A DNA stretch of 63,547 nucleotides, counting the filler, from Choristocarpus tenellus KU-1152 (Eukaryota > Protista > Phaeophyceae), in NCBI GenBank assembly GCA_964200185.2. It is 16 parts of 16 records of this genome, joined end to end, with 100 filler letters (N's around TTAATTAATTAA, not from the genome) between each part and the next. Parts side by side here need not be neighbours in the genome. Positions count along the whole stretch, not along the records: positions 23,382 to 28,087 come from CAXNAD020013389.1; positions 28,188 to 31,690 come from CAXNAD020019588.1; positions 31,791 to 37,711 come from CAXNAD020009410.1; positions 37,812 to 40,841 come from CAXNAD020022814.1; 12 more parts are not named here. One strand, given 5' to 3'. Below, one piece after another: positions 26,205-37,925 of this stretch. The notes under the pieces were generated by a model, which ran no database searches, had not been told where the DNA came from, and saw only the letters and a list, made by a program, of their open reading frames with translations. Position 1 is the stretch's first letter. Every line of letters starts with the position of its first letter. The position numbers were made by a program, and so were the translations under genes.

Positions 26205-26442
26205 GAACTCAAGTAATAAGGTTTCACCCAATTTTGTAATCAGGAGTGAACATCACATGTAGGACGAAATAATTGCAATTAGAGCTAACCGATTGAGCAA
26301 AATTTCGCAAAGAAATTACATAAAGAAAAGCTTAGAAAGGTGAGAAAAACTTGAATATTACTTTCCTTTGTACTACTAATATGTAGGATCTATTACTATC
26401 TGAAAAAATAGGTAGTCGATACTTTTCTAGTTACTTCAACTC
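26205..26442. mobile_element. Possible MITE family G (second diverged copy about 30720-30963)
   Basis: GAACTCAAGTAATAAG / CTAGTTACTTCAACTC imperfect TIR; shared internal TGAGCAAAATT.CGCAAA; no matching TSD. Confidence 0.4.
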
Positions 26443-26587
26443 CTGAAGGAAGTATTCGATCACGATTCTGGTGGTATGGGGTTCGACACTGTCCTTTTTT
26501 ATTGCAAGAAATCGATTGCTTGGTTGGTTGATGCTTGAAAGCAGTGAAAGGGACGATTGGAAATTATGTTTATACAATGAAAACAAA

Positions 26588-27608
26588 AAGTCAAAGTAAT
26601 TGAGAGGTAGTCAGGTTTGGACCCTTTGCATTCTCAGCCATCTTGCTTCCCTGTGCTATACACTCTAATCATTGGTTAACGTGCACAATAATGTACGCAA
26701 AATCGATATTCCCCCTTCCAACGCACAAAGAGTCAAACCGACTGAGAGGAGGCAAGTTCGGACCCTTTTGCACATACTAAGCCATATTTCTAACCCTGCG
26801 AAATACTCTTTATGTCTTTGGTTTACGTGCAAAATATTGTACACAAAATTGATATTCCCTCTGAGACAGATCGATTGGGAGCTTAGGCATGTTTGAACCC
26901 TTTTGCATTCTAAGCCACATCCCTTACCCTGTGTAATACACTCCATTTCATTGCTTTATGCGCAGAATATTGCATGCATAGTTGATATCCCCCCTTCCTA
27001 CGCATAACTGACACACCACAATTCCAATTGAGAGGTAGGTGGGTTTGGACTCTTTTGCATTCTAAGCCATCTTTCCTACACTGTGTAGCACACCCTACTT
27101 CATTATTTTATGTGCACATTAGTGTGTGCAAGATCGATGTTCGCCCTTCCCACCCACAAAGTGACACCGCAATTAGGCAAAGGGTATTCTCACAATTTCA
27201 TAAGAAAATGGTTTATTTTTGACATTCCTTAAAATTCAACTCTGTCTACCTCTCAGTCGGTTCGACTCTCAGCATAGGCTCTTTCTGCAATAGTACGAAA
27301 CGATATCTATCCCCCACTTCTTGGGATCGTTAAAATGCGACCTTGCCTACCTCTCAGTTGGTTTGATACCCCTTTCCAAACCCAAATTGACACCACAATT
27401 CAGTAAAGGCTCTTTCTGCAATCTACAGAATGGCATCTTCTTGGCATTTATTGAGATCCTTAAAATCCAACCTTGCTTTCCTCTCTATTGGTTTGGCTCA
27501 AAGTGACCACAATTCAGTAAAGGCTCTTTCCACGTTTGCACAAAAAAATACTCCATTATTGGGATCTATAAAACGCAACCCCCACCTACGTCTCAATTAC
27601 TTTGGCTC
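26588..27608. mobile_element. Family D non-autonomous TIR element with internally amplified arms
   Basis: TIRs AAGTCAAAGTAATTGAGAGGTAG / CTACGTCTCAATTACTTTGGCTC; four units of about 140 bp followed by about four units of about 110 bp; AAA flanks. Confidence 0.8.
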
Positions 27609-28017
27609 AAAAATAAGATGGTTGGACCATGCATCGAATAATACTAGAGATAATAATACTACAAACGAACAATATGGTGTGCATCTTTTCTCATCTCAAG
27701 AGGCTTGTTCTCCCGTGGTATTTGGGATGGAGTATTGCTCATTCATGTCTTGCTTTAAGGAAGGGCAAAGAACAGAGAATATTCTTCTGAGTGGTTGGCG
27801 GATGGATCCTCAAACTCTTCAAGCTCAAACCCTACAAAGGTTTTGGGCGGATCCAAAGTCATGAATACACCAGAATGTGTAGTGAGTTGTATGATGGGTG
27901 CTAGTGGCACACCCTTGTGACCAATGAATGCACTACTAGGTCATGTTATTCTGTGACCTCCTAAAGTTCAGTTGTACTTCTTGTGATGGTGAATTTGTCA
28001 AAACCCGAACAACCTAA

Positions 28018-28087
28018 GGCTCAAAGTATCTGGGAGGGGGTGGCGGCTGTCCATTTGGGGGTCAATTTTTTCATGTCGCGATTTTTG
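28018..28087. mobile_element. MITE family B, truncated at contig end
   Basis: GGCTCAAAGTATCTGGGAGGGGGTGGCGGCTGTCCATTTGGGG. Confidence 0.85.
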
Positions 28088-28817
28088 NNNNNNNNNNNNN
28101 NNNNNNNNNNNNNNNNNNNNNNNNNNNNNNNTTAATTAATTAANNNNNNNNNNNNNNNNNNNNNNNNNNNNNNNNNNNNNNNNNNNNATGCTCTGTGAAG
28201 AGTCTTGTTACCTTGTCTGGCAAGGGTTTCAGTAGATGGTTGTAACTTTACTAGTGTCTCAACACAAACTACCATCTTACGCAAACATTTTCTCGGTCAC
28301 CCACACCACCCTTCCCCAATATCACCAAATATCGTTGTGGAACTGTAGGATGCACTACTGGGTCCCCGCGTCGTCCCCCTTCATGCCAACCTCATTCCTG
28401 ACTTCACAGACATTCACCACAACAACCTGGATGATACGTTCACCATCCTGCCTGGACAATACCGGAGGTTCACTTCGAAATCCAATCGGCAATTCCTTGG
28501 CGGGATACCTTTTTGCTTCTCAAGCCAACACAGGCTGGGAGACACATCCGATGCCAAGTTTGGCCGAGGCACCAGCTTCATCCTATGCGCAAGTGGGGGT
28601 GTGCTATTGTATGGGGGGAGGTCTGCGAGGTTGACATAAATGTTTCTGGGGCATATATCTACTCTGTGTCTTACCTACAAGAGGATGAGAGAACTCCTTT
28701 CACCCTGGGCTGTGGTCCTACACATGACAGAGGACGAGATGGAGGAAGAGGTCGAACAACTATGGGAGAAGCAGAAGAGGGACCATGATGAAGCTACAGC
28801 CGAGCGTGTCATCCAAC

Positions 28818-29058
28818 GAGTCAAAGTATCTTAGAGGGTAGACCAAATCCAATGTTGCGATTTTGATGTAATTTTGGCTATCGTGTTTGTTACGAAGTGC
28901 CAATATCGTTGTTCCAGACAAATCTTTTCGTAACGTAAATATTTTACCTACTCCGAAACATTTCCGAGTAGGAAAAATGTCACAAGGAACCCGTGGGAAG
29001 CCAAGCCCCAAACGTACAAGCAGGGCAAAACTCGTACCATCTAAGACACTTTCACCCC
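28818..29058. mobile_element. MITE family A
   Basis: TIRs present; flanked by AAC (or CAAC) duplication. Confidence 0.9.
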
Positions 29059-29108
29059 AACGCCACCTGCAGATGCATCATCGCCAGGAGAAGCATAGAG
29101 ACGAGGGA

Positions 29109-29274
29109 ATTGAAAGTATATTCGAGGGTACAAGTTTTGCACTGTTTGTTCGTTTGGGGCTTGGCTTTCCATGTTCTTTTTTTTTACGTTTTCCTTCTCT
29201 GAAATGTTTTGGAGCAGGTTTCGGAGTAGGTATCATATATAAAAATATGAAGAGGTGTGTCCGGAACAAGGACA
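29109..29274. mobile_element. MITE family A, inverted, partial
   Basis: TGAAAGTATATTCGAGGGTAC..TTTGGGGCTTGGCTTTCCATG = reverse complement of the A right half. Confidence 0.85.
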
Positions 29275-32200
29275 AGCAGAAGGATACCGAGGGATATATC
29301 CTCCCAGAACCGTCACTAAGGGTTGTGCCGGATTTGGACGAGGGAGGAACACTTTATGCGAGAGCCAAGGGCGGGGGACTATGCTTTCAATGGGATGATC
29401 AGTGGATGGGAGGGACCGTGACCAGATACCAGCTCTGCCACACAGTGAGAGTTGGAGAGGAATGAGTCAGCTGCCCCTGTGAGGTGAAATGGGAGAATGA
29501 CAAGGTGCGAAATATCCAGCTTGTTCTAGAACGGTACAGTACAGAACAAGACGCTCCTACACTGGCCTGGTTTGAGACAAGTCCCACATTGCCGTAATGC
29601 AGAAGAGAGGCACGGCATGGACGTGCTACATTATGTATTTGTACTCGTGTATCACACTCTCCTGCATTAATCCGGTACATGATCCCAGGGACATCTTGTA
29701 CTAGAGACGTCGAACTTCGTTCATACGGGAGTGTACCCTTTCATTTATTGTGTGTAGTTTAAGTATTTATCCTGTTGTTCATGCACAAATGTGCTACTAC
29801 ACCTTCGTCTATTGGCCTGATCGCTATTGACATTTTATATTTCTATATTTTGCAATTTATTTCTCATACTTACTGGTACATATGTATGTATATGCCTACA
29901 GATGATAGAACTTAGACGTCGGATTTACGATTTGCGTGTGTGTGTGTGTTACAAGAGTAGATTAGCTCACACCATAATTGAATAAACATTCCAATGCAAT
30001 TTGATTTTGTTGTGTCTTTGTTCACACGTGGTCCATTGCATGTAGCACTCCTTCGATCCTGTACGGGCACACTAGACACCAATGCCTCTCTCCCACGTAA
30101 CATACTCGAAGACATGTGTATGACATGGTGCTATCCCTAAGCGACATAATATGTTCCCTAATGACAACGGCAATATAAACGGAAACAATTCATACACGAT
30201 CATGTCCCACTGTATACAACAAAGAAGTCTTCTCCTGCACGCCCTTGTGTTGCTAAGGTGCAGTGACAACAGATTAGTCAAATTGACACAGATAGAATAC
30301 CCTCGCATACTTAATACCACGGTTCAAACCTCAAGGCGAAAAATGCACAACAGATAACCCCTATTCCACACCTCGCCACCACAGCAACAACCGTTGACCC
30401 CTGAATTCTACCTAAGAGCGACTTTCTGGATATCATCACACAGTTCACACATATCCAAGCACTAAGGACGCATCCTAAGTGCGGAATATGCCGAACTTCA
30501 TCGAAAAGGGACCAACCCTCCACGACTGAAGACACTAAAACGGACCATTTTTGCAACACCTAGTCAGAGCCCAAACAGACACCCTGGTGCAGATCCCTCC
30601 CCCACGGCAGATATTTTGTTTCCAGTAAACATTGTAGAATACACCAGATTATACCATATAACCCACAATATCAAAGATCACAGCAATACCAACAACACCA
30701 GCATACATACCATGAAATTGTCATACTTAGAAGTTTTCCTTTTGTTCTCCAGTTAGTGATTGGTGAAGAGAATGATGACCTTGTAACTACAAGAGAACTG
30801 AGCAAAATTACGCAAAAATATTTCAGGGAGGAAATATTGACAGTAGATTCCATTCCGCTGAAAGAGAAAAACAAGATGGTAGGGGAGACTTCTCTACTGA
30901 AAGATAAATGAAGTACGGATTTCGAAACTAATTTGTCGTAGTGTTGCAACTAGTTCTTTCGAATTGTTCATAGGCCACTGACCAAATTTCACAATTAATC
31001 TGCCTTCAACATCACCTAAAAAGTATCATACGCACAGCATGGTGCATTGGATTCCGTCTAGCCCGTTAGATATGATGCCACTTACCATACCACTTGTATG
31101 TGACGAAGTAGATGTGCATATGCAAGGGAAATTCACGTCAAGCACCAAGAGATCCGGAGAGGAAGGCAATTTACACATCAGCACTTATTGCTGTATATTT
31201 TATCTTGTATTTGTCTGTGTTGGCAGTTGTGAAGAGGGAGAGTCTTGCTAGGACATTCCCTACTTTGATGTGATTGTTTATCAGTTTTGTCTGGGTTGGC
31301 TTGTGTTGACTGTTGTTATGGGGGTATCAAGATTATGCTTGACCATTTTGAGAATATGGTTTGAAGTATTATTTTATGTACGCACAGATGACAATGCGGG
31401 ACATTCGGGATACTTAGGCGGGGTATTTGACCAGAAGTAATCGGCGGACTATTAGAGGCGGAGTGTTTCTGACGTGTACTAGAGAGCTGTTGAATCATTT
31501 GGTATTCTGAGTCATTCAATGTACGGATTGGTGAGCCCCAGCTAGTGAAGGTATCTCACTCTCTTCTCAACTGTGATACAAGCTAATAAAAAATAATATA
31601 ACTGGTTGTGTGGGACATGTTAAGAATATGCTTTTTATTCATGTGTAAAAGAAGATTCTGTAGAAGAAACAATTTAAGAATGAAGAGACGNNNNNNNNNN
31701 NNNNNNNNNNNNNNNNNNNNNNNNNNNNNNNNNNTTAATTAATTAANNNNNNNNNNNNNNNNNNNNNNNNNNNNNNNNNNNNNNNNNNNNCCCCAAATGG
31801 ACGCGGCTCTACCCTCTAAGATACTTTGGCTGTATGTATTGCTTTCAGGTGAAGCTATTTATTTTGTGTTGCTTGTGTCATGCTAAGGGGTGAGTCATAT
31901 TGCAGCCAATTGTAAAGTACTCCGGATGATATTAGGTCTATTTTGGCAAGGAAATTAAGCACTCTGATGCAGGGGTGTGGGACAGTTTGATGAGGAGCAG
32001 GATTATGATAAAATAAGATCATAGTGCACTTTTGAGTAGTGTTATGCATACGAAGTATTTTGGATCGTAGGTAGATGCCAAATGACCCATAACATCATTT
32101 GGCATCCCAAAGTCAAACAAATTGTGGTGGATCCGGTGGTATCCAGTGAACCTGCTCTACTCACACCTACTGGTAGGAGTGGCCTTACATTCAACTGTTC

Positions 32201-32759
32201 TTACCTTGACGACCCTTCAACAGAAAGGCCTGTAGTAGGATTGGCAGAAGAATGACTATCTCCGTTCTCTGAAATTGATGAAACCGCCTGGTCATCTAGC
32301 TGGGGTATTGGGGGAGTTGAGGAAGAGGGGGGCAACACGCTTTTGGGAAGAACAACAATGGCGTGGAAAAGCATTGTGCCACCTCTTTTCTAACTCATTA
32401 TGCTCTCAATCCTGGCACCATACTTCGGTAGTTGTAGAGCACTAGCCCCATAGTAATAATGTGTGCCGTTTAGTGTTATTTTCCCCATGGGGACCTGCTG
32501 TGAAGGAGTTGAAACAAGAAGGATTATATAAAGCTATCTACTGCTGTACTGCAAAATGCAGACTGGTTTGGAGTACTCTATGGATTTGATACCCGAGCCC
32601 TTCTGTTGTATAGGCTAGAACATGTCCAAGAAAATGTGCTGTTGTGGCTAACACGTTGGCTGCCCTAGTCCATACCCACGGTGTTTCCCCTTAGTTCACA
32701 AGGAATTGCAGGTGCACGAAAGGTTCAATATCAAAGTCAGAAAACCTATTAGTTCCACT

Positions 32760-33019
32760 TTACCAAGGTAATTGGGAAGTGCACAAGGTTGCATTTTGAA
32801 GATTGTAAGAAAAAGCAATATTACACCATTTTGTACAATTACATAAAGAACGTTTGCTTAAATTGTAGTGCCACTTTTTGTGTAGAAAGGGTGAACACCA
32901 ATTTTGCATACACTATTGTGCACAAAAAGCAATGAAATAGGGTGTATTGCACAGGGTAGCAAAGATGACTTGGAATCCTAAAGGGTCCAAACCTGCCTTA
33001 CTCTCAATTACTTTGAATC
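32760..33019. mobile_element. Family D, short (unamplified) form, inverted
   Basis: Ends CTCTCAATTACTTTGAATC; carries one left-type and one right-type unit of 26588-27608. Confidence 0.7.
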
Positions 33020-33076
33020 TTTGTCAGATGAAATCACAAGAATGTCAGCCACAAACATGTCATGGTTTCGCTTCAC

Positions 33077-36000
33077 CTGCTCAGCTATCCGTTTGGCAAC
33101 CAACTCCTCTATTCTAGCTTCCTCAGTCCTTTGAGCTTCCTCTAATCTTTCCCTGGAAAAGGGCTGGTCAGGACATTATTTGTTGTTGCAGGGGAGGCAA
33201 AGGAGGTGACGCCATCACTGTGGAGTTTCATCACTTCCTCGACATATGAGACTTGCTGAACAATGGCGCTTGCAGTTACAAGAAAAGCCTGGTTCTGGAA
33301 TTGCCTATAGTGATTCCCTACCTGCCACTGGTGAAATATTGCTTATATGCTGGGCTAACTCATGAGGTTAGAAGTGCCAGCAATTCATATTGGTTCCAAT
33401 CGACTAGACAAAGAGGGGCCGCGAAAAAAACTATGAGTTGCTGGTGGAACGTTTTCCCTATGCACACAGATTGCAATCTTTTAGCATCTGGAGCAGGCCT
33501 AACAACGGGGCACTCAGTATTGTAATCATGATGACGGATCTGACGCATTTCCATGCACCAGATGTGGCACTGACCACATTCTCTGCCACTCACAATGCAA
33601 TGGTGCAAAGGAGCTCATTCTTGCCTTGCACTATTGCGTGTGAAGGAAAATTGGGCTTAATAGTAACCAGAATAGGTCTTGCACATGCACATACTACACC
33701 CATTGGTTCTTCAAAGCTGATAGGGGGATGCCAATCCGCACTCACCTCAATGCCTCTGTTCTCAAACTTGAAGTCTGGAGACATCTGGTAGATTACCTCA
33801 CATATGTTAGGGGAAAGAGTAGCAGCAGCATCAAGGAGAGATTGCAATCGAACCACCTCCTGAGGCATCAGTTCAGAGCCATCCCAGAGTTGTTACATTG
33901 GGAGGAACAGTAAGGAGAAACTTTTCAGTAGGACAATTGGTCGGGTGTTGAAGGCTCAATCCAAACCTCGAATTATGATGAGTTCTCGAAAAGTGACTTT
34001 GACAAAAGTGAAACATGAAACAGATTGCATCTTCAGAGAAAAGACAGCAACATTTAACGAGCTTCTGCTATGTATAAGTCTAATCTACCTCACACTATCG
34101 ACTCCTGGGATGCTAGCCCGGAGTACATTCTATAGCAATATGTGTTATAATAAAGTTCCACTGTGAAGTGTGAGCCCTCCAACAAGTTATTGAATTGTTT
34201 AGATACAGCCTACTTCTACTCTGTACTTCTTCAAGTAAGCCAACTTTTCCATACCATTGCACTATGTAGAACAAGTGAAGAGCTCTAGTCCTTCTTTACT
34301 TCCTGGGTAGTATTGTTGATACATTTTCTTGTCCTCCTTTGTGCACACACACCACATACTCTGGAGTGCTCTGTGACAAGCTATGTTTTTGATGCGATAA
34401 ACCCTTGCTGGTGGTGTCTCAGTTCTTCACGCATCTGTGTAACTGGTCGCTAGACTAGTGGTGGCATAGTTCCACCTCTAGTGCACTCAAGAAAATAAAT
34501 CTCTCTATGCCACCTCTAGTATGCTCAGACAAACAACAACCCTTTGTTACGATCGATTGTCCGATCTTGGAGGTCGCGATAACCAGATCAAGTCTCTTCT
34601 ACGGTGCAATATGGTACCAAGCTTGATCGTCTATTGCGTCCTTTTCTTTTGAAAATATGATACTACCTACTTCTATGTTGATATTCATCGGCGATTTTTC
34701 AAGGGTAATTTAGGTGCTGAAGGTTAAATGAATTGTGATCATTGTAACAATGGTCAATGAGGAAACAGGCTGTGTGAATCATTCGAGTTATTTGTAATTC
34801 AGGCCAAACTGCCAACCTTTGTTGGAACGAAATAAGCCTCTCTTTCACAGTCATTGCCACAAGAGCCTTATGAAGCAAATAAAATTATTTATGGTCGTAA
34901 GCTACAGTATGTGGTAATAAAAACATCAAAATAGAGGAGTACCTCCCCCTCACGCTTTCCTTGATCAAGTTATATCTCCCATCCAACCCGTAGGGACGTC
35001 TTCAAGTCATAGCAAGCAGGGAGACAACAGCTCAAAAGCTTTCTGAGATGTTCTGTTCTTTAAACGAATAATACTAGATAGATCTAATATACTAAGTCTC
35101 GACTAATATGATCAAGAGGCAGACCTGCTCCAAGTGGTGCAGGGTCATTGATTGCTTATCCATGGTGACCTCTCGCTCCTTAGTCTCGCGTTGCCGGACG
35201 ATCATCTGCGACCTGTATTCCAGTGCCACTTCCTGGTAAGGGTGTGGTAGTGCGGCATGGAAGTTGAGAGGCTCACAGAGGAACACAGGGACAGCACCAA
35301 GTGCTCCCAATGAAAGTCTTAGCACCTCAACATCAGTTGTAAGAGGTTGCGAAGGAGGGGTGAGTGGTAGTCCCTCTCATAGAAACAAGAATATGCTCCG
35401 AAATGAGGACAACAGGTGTACGTCTGAGTACTGACTGACTGGGTAATTATTTGATTTCTAGTACTGTCCTTCACGTTAGGCTGGGGACTGTCCTGATCAG
35501 TGGTCAGCGGCGTCGCACACTGTACTACTCCTCACACCGACTACTATTGCAACGAACTGTTGTACTGCGACCAATTACACCACCTCTGTTTGTGCCTTAC
35601 TGCTCACGCGTTGGGTTCATCAATCCCACCACTCATCGGTCTAATCTCCTCCCTCAAACCTTATGCTGGAGTCGTCTTGATATTGCCACCTCGATCTTGG
35701 TTCCCATTTTTTTTGTTGTGGTGTTGGGAAAGACAAACTGCAGTATATAATAGCACAGATATGTCTTTGCATGATCAAATACATATTAACGTGATTACAA
35801 GTCTGGAGTCGGTGAGTTTGAACCCGCAAAATTCATGCAGGTAACAGCCTCCACGACTTCTCAAGGTCATTACCTCCATGTCCTCGAGTGCCCCTGCCAT
35901 CATGTCGACTTTTTCAGAAAGGCGATAGCTGTGCTCTTTCTGCTCAGCAAGAGAGGACATGAGCTGCTGTCGGGTATAGAGTCCCTCAACTCTGCCGTAG

Positions 36001-36798
36001 ATTGCCTTGGGTCATTTTGGTGGTAGTGACAGCTCTTGATTAGTTGGTGGCTACCAACAGCAGCCAGAGCAAGGCAATGGAGACTTGGAGCTGTGAGGGT
36101 TTCATGTATGTAAGTAGGATGGAGGTAAGGGGACTTTCTATCTGCACATTGCAAAGGTCAGATTGTACGGAGAAGTGGTCCATAGTCAAAGCACGCCTCA
36201 GTAGTTCTTAGTGTGAGAAAGAAAACCAGGATGGGGCTATGAACGCTTCCAGCTAGAGGAGAAGAATGGAGTAAAATGAACTGTTGACACAGTGATTTTT
36301 CTTGCCTGGTGTTTCCAAGCCCTCATGATAAAATGACAAATGCGTCGGTTGTGGTTTCTTCGGAAGAGGCGCATCAGTCGCTCGTGATCCTGGAGGAAAA
36401 AAAAGAAGCAACAGTAGCATTCGATGTTGGGGTTCGATTTTTCGCATTTCCTGACGAATTGAGATGCCATCTCTCAAACTCTTTCCCACAACAGAGTGAC
36501 TGTGCTGTTGTACAGATGTTTGATATTCAAGATGCAAGACTGTGCAACAAGTCCTCCAACACGGTGTATGCTTCTCTGGTGTCACGGATTATTTCGTCTT
36601 CGCTGGGTTGCTCTCACCAACCATGAAAATTCAGGTGCTTTTTAGTTCTACCTTCGGTGGCATTTCTTCCAGTGAAATGGTGAAAACCTCACCTGTTGTT
36701 CACGCCTGGACAGATCAGCAAAGATGTACCACATGCGAAATGGCACACTCAGCTCCTTCAGAGAGTTATTGGCCCACTTGCCCACAGCAACCTTGAAT
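33077..36798 (-). CDS. Partial multi-exon coiled-coil protein with Sfi1-like F..W repeats; exons 36798-36693, 36389-36306, 36005-35874, 35232-35125, probably 33152-33077
   Basis: Phase-0 joins: ..VPFRMWYIFADLSRREQQ|DHERLMRLFRR..FIMRAWKHQ|AIYGRVEGLY..ALEDME|EVALEYRSQ..LHHLEQ; later ERLEEAQRTEEARIEELVAKRIAEQ (intervening exon not resolved). Confidence 0.65.
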
Positions 36799-37304
36799 CT
36801 CGTGTAGGATGGAGAATAGGTGAAAGAAAGAGAGATGTCGGTGGACATACTGTAATAATGCAAAATAGAGTTCGTTATGAATAACATGTGAAAGGCAGGT
36901 AGTTCCTACTCACTCTTGCTGCTTGAGCAGGGGTTCATGTCGAGGTACAGAGGTATTATCCCTATCGTGAAAATCTGGCTTTCATACATGTTCTTTTTCG
37001 AATACAAGGGTTTAATGGATGGATATACTAGAGAAAAAAAATCCCAAGCATCAAAGTACTAGGAATGTGAGTAGTAACGAAAGAACATGGTGGATTTGAC
37101 TTTGAATTAGTCTCGGGATTTGATTTCTTGAATGAAAAACGCCACTCAAAACTATTGTGAGTGTTTCTGCTTTGGACGAAGACTTTGCACCATGCCAGTC
37201 ATCTAGACACCCTCACACCAGTGCCTCATGCCAAGGCAGCTTCTGCTTCAGGGTTCCTAACATATCATTGTTTTGCCACCTACAGTGAGTCGCCTCTAAG
37301 ATGA

Positions 37305-37619
37305 GACCAGTCTTGATTTTTTTTTAAAGGGTTGGAGTCAACAAGTTAAACAACGATGAGCATATCAAATGAAAGCTCTGGATCTAAGCTATCACTGATG
37401 CTAAGGAATTATTTATTTATTTTATTGGTAAGGTTAAATTTTAGCCGAATGGTGTTGGCACAACCTTGGAAATATTCCGGAATGAATTATCACGACGAAA
37501 CATAATTTTCTGAAAGAATTCCTTTCGGCCAGTGATAGCTGAGATCCAGAGCTTTCATTTGATATGCTGATCCTCGATTAACTCGTTAGCCAACCTTTTC
37601 AAAAAAATCAAGATTGGTC
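37305..37619. mobile_element. Foldback/MITE with inverted arms of about 100 bp
   Basis: GACCAGTCTTGATTTTTTT..GCATATCAAATGAAAGCTCTGGATCTAAGCTATCACTG versus CAGTGATAGCTGAGATCCAGAGCTTTCATTTGATATGC..AAAAAAATCAAGATTGGTC. Confidence 0.8.
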
Positions 37620-37925
37620 ACCGCCAAAACAGTACGTGGGCTAACCTCAGCTTAATACTGTTTAAGCCACTCACAGGACACGATTCTGGTTGAGCGTCTT
37701 GGAGGACACTGNNNNNNNNNNNNNNNNNNNNNNNNNNNNNNNNNNNNNNNNNNNNTTAATTAATTAANNNNNNNNNNNNNNNNNNNNNNNNNNNNNNNNN
37801 NNNNNNNNNNNTTTTTAAGTTGATTATATAGGAGGAAAGACCCTTTTTTTTTTTTCAAATATAAAAATAATTAACCCTTGCTTCCCCCCCCCCCCCCCCC
37901 CCCCCTGTTGTTTTTATATCTATAG

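Larger units (their letters stand above)
28349..29597 (+). pseudogene. Inactivated gene, probably transposon-derived, with a coiled coil and C-terminal Tudor/SH3-like barrel, interrupted by two MITEs
   Basis: ..EEEVEQLWEKQKRDHDEATAERVIQ[MITE]RHLQMHHRQEKH[MITE]..CFQWDDQWMGGTVTRY..*..CEVKWENDKVRNIQLVLERYSTEQDAPTLAWF; frame restored by removing the first MITE. Confidence 0.55.

Noticed and set aside
26600-27600. Repeat array as CRISPR or satellite
   Set aside because: Units are homologous throughout and bounded by TIRs of a MITE family.
34544-34749. TGTTACG..TGTAACA as a solo LTR
   Set aside because: No target-site duplication and no second copy in the window.
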